From Lachnospiraceae bacterium UBA3774 (GTDB lineage Bacteria; Bacillota; Clostridia; Lachnospirales; Lachnospiraceae): a stretch of DNA of 61,300 bases. This document shows, piece after piece, positions 19,268-28,426 of this stretch. The stretch spans positions 1-61,300 of the forward strand of contig DFFO01000104.1 of the NCBI GenBank assembly GCA_002369255.1, given 5' to 3'. The notes beneath the pieces were generated by a model, which worked only from the letters and a program-made list of their open reading frames with translations, ran no database searches and was not told the origin of the DNA. The number at the start of each line of letters is the position of its first letter. Within the stretch, counting starts at the first letter, position 1. Position numbers and translations under genes: made by a program.

Positions 19268-21016
19268 ATGAAAAAACTAATAATTCTGTTTGCCGCAGCT
19301 GTTATCGGAATGGTTTTCGCTGCGGGCTGCGGAGGCTCCGGGAACGGCGGAGGAAGCGAGGACGCCGTATCGCTTGTGCTTGCCAAGGACAATGCGACTG
19401 ATTATTCGATCGTCAGCTATTTTTCCGACGACTCGATCGCGGACGAATACAAGACAACGCTTACCATCAAGACGGGCGCGCAGTTTACAGTTGCAAAGGA
19501 AGCTTCCGGAAAGGCCATATATATAGGTACGGCCAAGGAGCTTGCAGGAAAGGGCGGCACGGACCCGGGCATTACCTACAGCCAGTATGAGATCCGCGCA
19601 AACGGCGACGATCTGATAATATCCGTCGGAACGGAAGTCATGGCAAAGGATGTATGCGGACTTCTGCGCGCCATGATAGTAAAGCTCGATGACGGTTCCT
19701 TTGCGATCAGCTCGGAAAGCTTCGGAATAAAAAATGTTTGCGAAATCAGTGAGGTTGTTCCTATGTTTGAAACGGAAAGCGGAGAAATGCAGGAGTTGCA
19801 TGATTGTGGATTTGATCATTATGAAGTAATATATTCGGGAATGGACAAATCCGGCGCTGACGCTGAAATAGCCGCTTATGAAAAACAGCTTTCGGACGCG
19901 GGATACACGCTTTTCCAGGAAAATGAAATAGCAAACAACAGGTTCATGACCTATACCAAGGGCGATACGGAAATACACTGCAACTATTTTTATCTCATGC
20001 ATGAATTCCGCATCATTTACGGAAAACTGAATTATCTCGGCCCGCAGACGCCTGTGACAGACTATGAAAAGGTAACCGAGCCGACGATCTCGGAGATCGG
20101 AATGTCGGAGAGCGTTCAGTGCAACGTTATTCAGCTCGCTGACGGAAGCTTTGTCATAATAGACGGAGGCTGGGGCAGCGACGCGGACAAGACGTACAGC
20201 TACAAAAACGATGCCGGAGAGACTGTCGAAAAGACATATCACCGCGACTACAAGGCTGATATGAAGGCCCTTTGGGACTTCCTTGAAAGCAAGGCTCCAC
20301 AAGGAACAAAGCCCCAGGTAACTTGGATGATCACACATGCCGACCCGGATCATATCTGTCTTTTCCCTCCGTTTTTAAAGGAGTACTCGTCGAAATTTGA
20401 CTTAAAGACAATTATCTACAATTTCCCCAACCTGTATAACATAGGTTTGGGAACCGGCAGCTCCACGAATGACCCTGTGACGTTTACAGGCTATATCACG
20501 GCGTTTATAGATTCGGCAAATACGTATTATCCGGACGTAAACCACTATATTTACCATACTGGCCAAAAGCTGTATCTGCCGGGCTGCGAGCTTGAATTCC
20601 TCATGTCTCATGAAGATTTCTGGCCTCACGAGATGTCGTGGATGAACGATACCAGCGGAGCGTGGAGATTTACCTTCGACGACAGTAAAAAGACCGCGTT
20701 TTTCCTCGGAGACTGTTCCGAAGGAATGAACAACATGATGGCGCAGATATTCGGCGATTATCTGAAGAGCGACATCTTCCAGCCGGCACATCACGGTTCA
20801 AACGGCGGCACGCTTGCGCTTTACCGTCTGGTAGATCCGGAAGTATGCTTCTGGACGTGCGCCGACTTCCCGTTCTATAATGATGCCAGACATACGGGAA
20901 CCAAAGAGGGTTGGGACTTTAATGCTTTCCTGCGCAACTCGCAGAAAGTAAAGTATCATTTCACCAATTCCGAAACGCATACGCTTATCGTTTCCACCCT
21001 TGAGGAAGAAAAGTAA
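19268..21016 (+). CDS. lipoprotein with ComEC-type MBL-fold domain (paralog of the N-terminal part of 4818-9230)
   Basis: Start at ATG 19268, giving MKKLIILFAAAVIGMVFAAGCGG (lipobox AAGC). Motifs QLADGSFVIIDGG, VTWMITHADPDHI, QPAHHGSNGG and FWTCADFPFY are collinear with 5082-6200. Confidence 0.75.
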   Translation: MKKLIILFAAAVIGMVFAAGCGGSGNGGGSEDAVSLVLAKDNATDYSIVSYFSDDSIADEYKTTLTIKTGAQFTVAKEASGKAIYIGTAKELAGKGGTDPGITYSQYEIRANGDDLIISVGTEVMAKDVCGLLRAMIVKLDDGSFAISSESFGIKNVCEISEVVPMFETESGEMQELHDCGFDHYEVIYSGMDKSGADAEIAAYEKQLSDAGYTLFQENEIANNRFMTYTKGDTEIHCNYFYLMHEFRIIYGKLNYLGPQTPVTDYEKVTEPTISEIGMSESVQCNVIQLADGSFVIIDGGWGSDADKTYSYKNDAGETVEKTYHRDYKADMKALWDFLESKAPQGTKPQVTWMITHADPDHICLFPPFLKEYSSKFDLKTIIYNFPNLYNIGLGTGSSTNDPVTFTGYITAFIDSANTYYPDVNHYIYHTGQKLYLPGCELEFLMSHEDFWPHEMSWMNDTSGAWRFTFDDSKKTAFFLGDCSEGMNNMMAQIFGDYLKSDIFQPAHHGSNGGTLALYRLVDPEVCFWTCADFPFYNDARHTGTKEGWDFNAFLRNSQKVKYHFTNSETHTLIVSTLEEEK

Positions 21017-21034
21017 TTTTTTCACGGAGTTTTT

Positions 21035-23290
21035 ATGAAATCTAAGATCAAGTCGGTTTTTCACCTTGCGTGGCCGTACATTGCCATAGCCCTGCTGCCT
21101 GTGATGGCTGTAATACTGCTCAGCAATTATATTGCGAACAAAGCGTCACAGGAAACGCTTCTGGCATGGCAGGAATCCGTAAAGGTCGCGTCTGACAGGG
21201 TGAACAGTAAGATCGAAACTGTCGAAGAACTTGCATACTTCATTGCTCGAAGCGACGTTGTCAGCAGCTACGTTTTTGAGAAAAAGACAGGCGAATCTGA
21301 CCGGCAGAGCAGCGCGCAGGTGAAAAACCTTCTTGACGGGATATCAAGAAACGAAAACATTACGGAAATATTCTTTTATGACGGATATGCCGACAGGATA
21401 ATCGCGTCGGATACCATTCTCGACAATGCGGAAATGTTTTTCCGTTATCAGTACATCTATGATGATTGCACGTCAAAGGAAGCCGCACAGGCTATAAAAA
21501 ACTATGCCAAGAACTACGGCTTTTCCAAGACCAGACACGTTATCAGCGACGGAAGACCTTCAGATGTAATCGAATACATTATTCTTGCGCCCATCGAAAA
21601 GCCCGGTGAAAATACGTCAAGACTGGTGCTTGCCATTGACACCGAAAATCTCTTTCGTGATATTAAAGATCTTATGACGGCGGATACGTCATTTTGCGTC
21701 GTCGGAGACAAGGGCGTTATGTATTCATTCGGAACGGTCACCGACGAGCAGTCGGGCGCGGATCTTTCAAGCGAACTGCTGCAGATGACGGGACGGGCAG
21801 ACAGTTATTACGGTATGCAAAGGACCATAAACGGCGGCCTTTGGCAGATCAGATTTTTTGTTCCCTCCGAAGAACTTGAACAGACTGCCGGCTATATCGC
21901 TCTCAGACTTTTGCCCGCCCTCGCGATCATCCTGCTGTGTCTTATTCTTTGCATCTACTTCACGCATAAAAACCATATGCAGATAAGACAGATTCTCGAC
22001 ACCCTGAAAAGCGGGGATGCCGAACCGGAAAATGACCGGCAGGAATTTGTCGATTACAAGCTGGTACACAGTTATGCGGAGGTGGCGGCAAGCCGGAACG
22101 TGGACGCACGCGAAAAGATCAAAAAGCTTCAGCTTTCTCAGAGAAACACTACGTTCAAGCATCTCCTCAAGGGCACCTATGCAAGTGACGACGACAAGAG
22201 GACTGCGCTTGAAAATCTGGAACTCGGAGAGGTTGCGGATAAGTACGCCGTTATTTGTATCCGTTACAACGATCTTACAAACGTGTTCGATACGGAAGAT
22301 TCCGGAGTGCGCGAATTGATCCTGGAACTGCTTGAAAACGAGATCGGTACGGGAATGGAGATAGTTGATACCTCTCCGTTTGAGCTGTCGTGTATCATGG
22401 AAGCGGGCGAGGATTTCGCTCAGACCGTTAATGAAATAGTTTCACTGCTCAACGTACAGATCAATTACAAATACAACGCCGATCTGCGGATCGGAGCCGG
22501 TGAGGCGGTGGACAGCCTTGCCGATATATCCGTCTCATACAAACAGGCCTGCGAAACGATCCGTTACAGCGAAAATACCGGTAAAAAGATTTATTTCTAT
22601 TCGCAGGCGGATCTTTCCGGAGACGTTATCTATTATCCGGAGCAGACCGATGATAAGATCAGCAATTACATAATTGCCGGATATGCCGATGAGGCGATTT
22701 CAGAGATTGACGAAATCTACAAAAAAAACATTACGGAAAACACACGGATCCTTTCCGCAGAGGCAATAAGCCTTCTTCGGTTCCGCGTCACCAATGCGGT
22801 ATTATCCGTTGCGGAAAAGATGGACGTGCAGTTGTCACAGGAGTATATAGGGTTTATTAACGAAAAAGATATCAACAGATATTTTCAGGAAGTGAAGGGT
22901 ACTGTTATAATTATGACTGAGAAATTGACAGATAAAAAGAGCAACGTGCAGAATTCTCTCGCAGTTCAGATAAACGATTATATCGGAGAGCATTTTTCGG
23001 ACAGCGGGTTGAATATCAAACAGGTTGCATGGCATTTTCATTTTCATGAAAACTATATTTCAAATATTTATCGCAGGGAGTACAATACAAATCTATCCAC
23101 TGCGATCGAAAAACTGCGTATAGAAAAAGCCTGCGATCTGCTTGAAAACTCAAACATAAAGATCGGGGCCGTTTCTGAATCCGTAGGTTATGCGCTGGAT
23201 TCGAGCTTCAGAAGAGCTTTTAAAAAGCTTACGGGCCTGTCTCCGGTCGAATACCGCAATCTGCATCGCGGCGAGAAAAAAGAAGACTGA
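21035..23290 (+). CDS. membrane-spanning one-component AraC-family transcriptional regulator
   Basis: Two hydrophobic helices (WPYIAIALLPVMAVILLSNYI and LRLLPALAIILLCLILCIYF) bracket a ~260-aa presumably extracytoplasmic segment. The C-terminus carries the AraC HTH (...SVGYALDSSFRRAFKKLTGLSPVEYR). Confidence 0.75.
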   Translation: MKSKIKSVFHLAWPYIAIALLPVMAVILLSNYIANKASQETLLAWQESVKVASDRVNSKIETVEELAYFIARSDVVSSYVFEKKTGESDRQSSAQVKNLLDGISRNENITEIFFYDGYADRIIASDTILDNAEMFFRYQYIYDDCTSKEAAQAIKNYAKNYGFSKTRHVISDGRPSDVIEYIILAPIEKPGENTSRLVLAIDTENLFRDIKDLMTADTSFCVVGDKGVMYSFGTVTDEQSGADLSSELLQMTGRADSYYGMQRTINGGLWQIRFFVPSEELEQTAGYIALRLLPALAIILLCLILCIYFTHKNHMQIRQILDTLKSGDAEPENDRQEFVDYKLVHSYAEVAASRNVDAREKIKKLQLSQRNTTFKHLLKGTYASDDDKRTALENLELGEVADKYAVICIRYNDLTNVFDTEDSGVRELILELLENEIGTGMEIVDTSPFELSCIMEAGEDFAQTVNEIVSLLNVQINYKYNADLRIGAGEAVDSLADISVSYKQACETIRYSENTGKKIYFYSQADLSGDVIYYPEQTDDKISNYIIAGYADEAISEIDEIYKKNITENTRILSAEAISLLRFRVTNAVLSVAEKMDVQLSQEYIGFINEKDINRYFQEVKGTVIIMTEKLTDKKSNVQNSLAVQINDYIGEHFSDSGLNIKQVAWHFHFHENYISNIYRREYNTNLSTAIEKLRIEKACDLLENSNIKIGAVSESVGYALDSSFRRAFKKLTGLSPVEYRNLHRGEKKED

Positions 23291-23319
23291 AAAACTGTCA
23301 TAAACAGGGGTGAACATTC

Positions 23320-24174
23320 ATGAACAATGTTTTTTTACGTTTTCCGGGAGGAAAAGTAAAGGCTGTAACACTCAGCTATGACGATAATGTGACTGATGAC
23401 GTAAGGCTTTCGCAGATCATGCAAAAGTACGGTCTGCGCGGCACTTTTAATGTAAACAGCGGTCAGTTTTCGCCTGAAGGAAGTACGGGAGACGTGGGAA
23501 AACACGGCCACAGAAGGCTTACGCTAAACGAAAGCCTTGAACTTCATGCAAAAGACAAAATGGAGATAGCCTGTCACGGAGTGACGCATCCTTTTTTGGA
23601 ACAGCTTCCCGCCCCTGCGTGCCTTGGCGAGATCGCAAACGACAGACAGAATCTGGAAGACGCCTATGGCTGTATGGTGCGCGGAATAGCATATCCCTTC
23701 GGCACATTCAATGAAAATGTTATAGCCGCGGCAAAAAGCAGCGGCATTGTTTACGGCAGGACTACTGTAAGCTCCAGATCTTTTCTGCTTCCGGAAGACT
23801 GGATGAAATGGGACCCCACCTGCCATCATACCGTTCCGGATCTTATGGAACTGGTAGAGAGATTCCTGGGAGAAAAGCGCAGATGGAGGCCCATGCTTTT
23901 TTATCTGTGGGGTCACAGCTATGAATTTGGCGACAATGACAGCTGGCAGATACTGGAAGAATTCGGAAAGCTCATTGGCGGACGAGATGATATCTGGTAT
24001 GCCACCAATATTGAAATATACGATTATGTAGAGGCTTACGGGAGACTTGTTTTCTCTGCGGACTGCAAAAAGGTTTACAATCCTACCGCGACCCGGCTTT
24101 GGCTTGAAACAGCCGCCGGAGTATATGAAATTGCTCCCGGGCAGACCTGCAGCATTATGATTGAAAAACAATAA
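23320..24174 (+). CDS. polysaccharide deacetylase (CE4/NodB-like)
   Basis: TLSYDDN (Asp-Asp motif), CHGVTHP (His-x3-His) and AYPFG. Confidence 0.7.
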   Translation: MNNVFLRFPGGKVKAVTLSYDDNVTDDVRLSQIMQKYGLRGTFNVNSGQFSPEGSTGDVGKHGHRRLTLNESLELHAKDKMEIACHGVTHPFLEQLPAPACLGEIANDRQNLEDAYGCMVRGIAYPFGTFNENVIAAAKSSGIVYGRTTVSSRSFLLPEDWMKWDPTCHHTVPDLMELVERFLGEKRRWRPMLFYLWGHSYEFGDNDSWQILEEFGKLIGGRDDIWYATNIEIYDYVEAYGRLVFSADCKKVYNPTATRLWLETAAGVYEIAPGQTCSIMIEKQ

Positions 24175-24210
24175 GCGCATTTTTGCGCCTTACAAAAAGG
24201 AGATATACGG

Positions 24211-24975
24211 ATGGATAAGTATTACGGCTTTGCGCAAAAGCTGAAAAACAGAGAAAAAACCGTCGGAACGACGATGTCTCTTTTAAATGCGCCCCTGCTT
24301 CTTCCGCAGATGAACAGGGATGATCTGGATTTTATAGTGTTTGATCTTGAGCACGGCGTATTTGACGCGCAAAACGCTCAGCAGTCGCTTAACGTATGCA
24401 GGCTGATGGGCGTTCCTACGATCATGAGAGTTCAGGACGCGCTTTATCATCTTATGGCAAAAGCCGTCGATATGGGCGGAGACGGAATCATGGTTCCGCG
24501 GACGGAGTCTTTGGAACAGCTTCGCACTGCGCTTGACGCACTGTTTTTCGCACCGATCGGCAGAAAAGGCTGCGGCGGTCACGGACAGTTTCGTCCCGGC
24601 GAAAAGCCTGAGGACTTCAACAAGACCCGTTTTCTTATGCCGCAGATAGAGTCAAGAAAAGGTATCGACCTGCTTCCGCAGATGCTCGAGGAATACGGAG
24701 AGTATATAAATGCCGTTATGATAGGCCCTTATGATATGTCCGTAATGCTCGGAACACCGTTCAATGTACGATCTGACGTCATGAGAAGCGCAATCGCTGA
24801 GGTATTTGAGATAAGCGCAAAATACGGAAAATCGTGCGGAATCTTCTGCGACGACGAAGAACTTGCTGCGCAGTACCGCGCCATGGGAGCAAATGTTTTA
24901 TGGCTTGCAACGGACAAAGACTTCTTCCTTCGCGGCTACCGTCAGGAAATGGACGCCGTAAAGAAACTGGACTAA
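24211..24975 (+). CDS. HpcH/HpaI family 2-keto-3-deoxy-acid aldolase
   Basis: Strings FIVFDLEHG, IMRV, GIMVPRTES, PQIESRKG and IGPYDMS match the HpcH/HpaI aldolase pattern. Confidence 0.75.
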   Translation: MDKYYGFAQKLKNREKTVGTTMSLLNAPLLLPQMNRDDLDFIVFDLEHGVFDAQNAQQSLNVCRLMGVPTIMRVQDALYHLMAKAVDMGGDGIMVPRTESLEQLRTALDALFFAPIGRKGCGGHGQFRPGEKPEDFNKTRFLMPQIESRKGIDLLPQMLEEYGEYINAVMIGPYDMSVMLGTPFNVRSDVMRSAIAEVFEISAKYGKSCGIFCDDEELAAQYRAMGANVLWLATDKDFFLRGYRQEMDAVKKLD

Positions 24976-24991
24976 AATAAAGGAAAAGCAC

Positions 24992-25948
24992 ATGAAGATA
25001 GTTATTCTTGATCATCCGAGAGAAAATCCGGGTGAAATTGACTGGAGTGAATTTGACAAATACGGAGAGGTGACGCGGTATGAACGCACACTTCCCGGGC
25101 AGGTGGCGGAGAGAATAGGAGACGCCGACGTAGTTTTTTTGAACAAGACCGACGTAACAAAAGAAGATCTTTCCCGCTGCCCGAATCTCAAATTTATCAG
25201 CGTGATCGCGACGGGTTACAATACGGTGGACGTAAAAGCAGCCAGGGAGCTCGGCATTCCCGTTTCAAACGTTCCTTCCTACGGTACTGAGGCCATAGGA
25301 CAGCATGCAATAGCTCTTTTGCTCGAGATCACCGACCACGTGGCTCACCACGACGCAGAGGTAAGAAAGGGGCGCAAAGGCGGAGAAAACGACTGGTGCT
25401 TCTGGGATTATCCGAGTATCGAGCTTGAGAACAAGACAATGGGCATTATCGGTCTCGGACGGATCGGACAGGTAACTTCCCGCGTTGCGCAGGCCTTTGG
25501 AATGAAGGTTCTGGCCTATGACATGTATCAGAACAAAGCTCTTGAAAACGAACAGTGCCGTTATACCGATCTTGACACGCTGCTGCGCGAATCAGATGTG
25601 ATCGCGCTGCATTGTCCGCTTTTCCCGGAAACGGAAAATATCATAAACAAAGACAACATTGCCAAAATGAAGGACGGTGTGATCATAATAAACAATAGCC
25701 GAGGAGCTCTTGTTGTGGAGGAAGATCTTGCTGCGGCACTGAAAAGCGGAAAGGTATATGCCGCGGGAATCGACGCAGTAAGAAACGAACCGATTACTCC
25801 CGACAATCCTTTGCTTCATGCTCCGAACGTATTTTTTACGCCCCATATCAGCTGGGCGGCCATTGAATGCAGGCAGCGTCTGATAGACTATTCGCTTGAC
25901 AATCTGAAAGCTTTTTTGAATAAAGAGCCGATAAATATAGTTAACTGA
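24992..25948 (+). CDS. D-isomer-specific 2-hydroxyacid dehydrogenase (glycerate/hydroxypyruvate reductase-like)
   Basis: NAD fold GIIGLGRIGQ, NNSRGALV, and the catalytic-His region FFTPHISWA. Confidence 0.8.
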   Translation: MKIVILDHPRENPGEIDWSEFDKYGEVTRYERTLPGQVAERIGDADVVFLNKTDVTKEDLSRCPNLKFISVIATGYNTVDVKAARELGIPVSNVPSYGTEAIGQHAIALLLEITDHVAHHDAEVRKGRKGGENDWCFWDYPSIELENKTMGIIGLGRIGQVTSRVAQAFGMKVLAYDMYQNKALENEQCRYTDLDTLLRESDVIALHCPLFPETENIINKDNIAKMKDGVIIINNSRGALVVEEDLAAALKSGKVYAAGIDAVRNEPITPDNPLLHAPNVFFTPHISWAAIECRQRLIDYSLDNLKAFLNKEPINIVN

Positions 25949-25978
25949 TCCGACAGGATTTTTCGACGGAGGAAAAAA

Positions 25979-26974
25979 ATGAAGTATTCAAACATTAAAG
26001 GACTTGAAAAGCCTGTTTCAAAGCTTGTTTTCGGAACGGCCACGCCAAAGCTTTTCGCGGCGGTGGCTCCGGATGCCGGCGAGAAGGAAAAAGAAGAAGC
26101 GTTTGCGCTTCTCGATATGGTATATGAGGCCGGAATAAATACTTTCGACTGCGCCGCTCACTACGGCGAGGAAATCACCGGCGAGTGGATGGAAAAAAGA
26201 GGCATAAGAGATAAGTGCTCCGTCATTACCAAATGCGCGCATCCGAACAAGTGGCGCACCCGCGTAAACGACTTTGATATTCTTGCGGACGCACACGACT
26301 CGCTTGTCAAGCTGCGTACGGACTGCATTGATATTTATATGCTTCACCGCGACGATCATACGGTGCCGGTAGATACGATCGTGGAAACGCTGAACAGGCT
26401 TTACGATGAAGGAAAGATAAAAGTCTTCGGAGGCTCAAACTGGACTCATACAAGAATAGAAGAAGCCAACGAATATGCATACAAGCACTCTCTGAAGCCT
26501 TTTAGCGTATCAAGTCCGAATTTCGGGCTTGCAAGACAGGTAAACGATCCATGGCGCTGCGACGCTCCTCTCGGAGACGGCTGCGTAACGATTTCCGGTC
26601 CTGAAAACAGCGACGCCAGAGAGTGGTATGCAAAATCGGGCATGGCGGTTTTTGCTTATTCAAGCCTTGCAAGAGGCCTGCTTTCAGGTCTGTTTAAGAG
26701 CAGCGATCCGGAAGGCGCGAAAAAAATAATGGACGGCCCCGGTATCACGGGATATTACAGTCCGGATAACATAGAAAGGCTGCGCCGCTGCGAAGTGCTT
26801 GCCGAGGAAAAAGGCGTGGGCGTAGCCCAGATAGCCCTTGCATGGATATTTAATCAAAAGTTTGACGTTTTCGCGCTCTCAAGCCCTGTTACCGGAGAGC
26901 AGATCGCGCAAAATTCGCGTGCTCTTGATATCAGACTCAGTGAAAAAGAAATCGACATGCTCGATCTGAAATAG
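25979..26974 (+). CDS. aldo/keto reductase
   Basis: GTAT..., INTFDCAAHYGEE, IDIYMLHRDD and GGSNW match the AKR signature pattern. Confidence 0.75.
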   Translation: MKYSNIKGLEKPVSKLVFGTATPKLFAAVAPDAGEKEKEEAFALLDMVYEAGINTFDCAAHYGEEITGEWMEKRGIRDKCSVITKCAHPNKWRTRVNDFDILADAHDSLVKLRTDCIDIYMLHRDDHTVPVDTIVETLNRLYDEGKIKVFGGSNWTHTRIEEANEYAYKHSLKPFSVSSPNFGLARQVNDPWRCDAPLGDGCVTISGPENSDAREWYAKSGMAVFAYSSLARGLLSGLFKSSDPEGAKKIMDGPGITGYYSPDNIERLRRCEVLAEEKGVGVAQIALAWIFNQKFDVFALSSPVTGEQIAQNSRALDIRLSEKEIDMLDLK

Positions 26975-26982
26975 GAGTAAAT

Positions 26983-27786
26983 ATGAAAAAACTGCCATGG
27001 GAGGGTGCTTTCCCTCCTTTCCGCATATTCGGGAATCTGTATTTTGTCGGTACTGTGCCGGCTTCTACTCACGTGGTAGATACCGGAGAGGGCCTTCTTG
27101 TCTTTGATCCGGGCTACCACCAGAGCCTGCATCTTGTAATAGACGGAATGCACAGACTCGGACTTGATCCGAAAGACACCAGATATATTTTCAATACGCA
27201 CGGACATATCGATCATCTGGGAGCCGCAAGGGCGCTGTCTCTTATGACCGGAGCAAAAACCGTGTTGGGACGAGCCGACAGACAGTATGCAAACGGGGAA
27301 CTGGATCTTACTTATGCCAAAGAGCTCGGAATGGTCTACAAAGAAGTTTTTGAACCGGACATCCTGTGGGATGGCGGCGAAAGCCTGACCGTGGGAAATA
27401 CCACGGTGACCTGTATGGCTACTCCCGGACATACTCCCGGCGCGCTTTCGTATTTCTTTAACGTTACGAACGGCAAAAAAACTTATCGCGCCTGTCTTCA
27501 CGGCGGTATGGGGATCAATACGATGAGCAGGGAATATCTTGAAAAATACGGGCTTTCCTTTTCCTGTCGTGACGAATTCAAAAAGGCAATGGAAAGGCTT
27601 TCCAGGGAAGACGTCGATATTTTTCTCGGAAATCATATGCAGCACAATCATACGCCGGAGCGTTATGAGCTTGTTATGGCGGGCGATGAGGAGGCTTTTG
27701 TTCATCCCGGCGAATCGGGTGAGTATGCGCTTTGGGCGATAGAGAACATGCAAAACATGATAAAAGAGGAAAGCGAAAATGAGTGA
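26983..27786 (+). CDS. MBL-fold metallo-hydrolase (canonical HxHxDH type; possible lactonase)
   Basis: NTHGHIDHLGA and TPGHTPGA. It is not related to the ComEC-type modules at 5082-6200 and 19268-21016. Confidence 0.7.
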   Translation: MKKLPWEGAFPPFRIFGNLYFVGTVPASTHVVDTGEGLLVFDPGYHQSLHLVIDGMHRLGLDPKDTRYIFNTHGHIDHLGAARALSLMTGAKTVLGRADRQYANGELDLTYAKELGMVYKEVFEPDILWDGGESLTVGNTTVTCMATPGHTPGALSYFFNVTNGKKTYRACLHGGMGINTMSREYLEKYGLSFSCRDEFKKAMERLSREDVDIFLGNHMQHNHTPERYELVMAGDEEAFVHPGESGEYALWAIENMQNMIKEESENE

Positions 27787-28426
27787 TGAGGGAGGCAGAG
27801 GATTTTTCCTGGGCCGCGGATCAAAATTTTTTGAATTTGCAAAAAAACTGAGCGAGCTTATGTGGCTCAATATTTTGACGGTTATTTGCTGCATCCCCGT
27901 TTTTACTATAGGCTGCGCCTTTTGCGCCATGCATAGAGTGCTTGTTTTGATCTATCGTGATGAGGAAACCACGATAACAAAAGCATATTTTGATTCGTTT
28001 AAGGAAAACTTCAAGCAGGCTCTTATCATCTGGCTGATCTATCTTTTGTACTTCGGTGTGCTGCTTGTAGATGATTTTGCCCTGCGCGCGCTTAACAATC
28101 CCACAATAGGATACCTGCGCATTCTTGTGCCGCTGCTTTCCATAATAGGGATACTTAGTATGCAGTGGTTCTTTGTTATGCAGTCCAGATACAAGCTGAC
28201 CGTAAAGGAAACTATAGTTTTCTCGTTCACGAGGATAATCGCGTTTCCGTTTCGGAGCATAATGATGGGTATATCGCTGATAGTTCCGGCGGTCATAGCG
28301 GCGCTTTTTCCCATCACGCTGATAGTAATGCTGCTGCTCGGCTTTAGCGCAAGCGGTATCATCAGCGTATGTTTTTACAACGGAGCTCTTAAAATAATGG
28401 AGGACGACGGAAGTGGAAATAACTGA
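27779..28426 (+). CDS. YesL-family (DUF624) membrane protein
   Basis: The N-terminus ...SKFFEFAKKLSELMWLNILTVICCIPVFTIGCAFCAMHRVL plus four or more hydrophobic segments is typical of YesL proteins found in sugar-utilisation operons. Confidence 0.65.
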   Translation: MSDEGGRGFFLGRGSKFFEFAKKLSELMWLNILTVICCIPVFTIGCAFCAMHRVLVLIYRDEETTITKAYFDSFKENFKQALIIWLIYLLYFGVLLVDDFALRALNNPTIGYLRILVPLLSIIGILSMQWFFVMQSRYKLTVKETIVFSFTRIIAFPFRSIMMGISLIVPAVIAALFPITLIVMLLLGFSASGIISVCFYNGALKIMEDDGSGNN

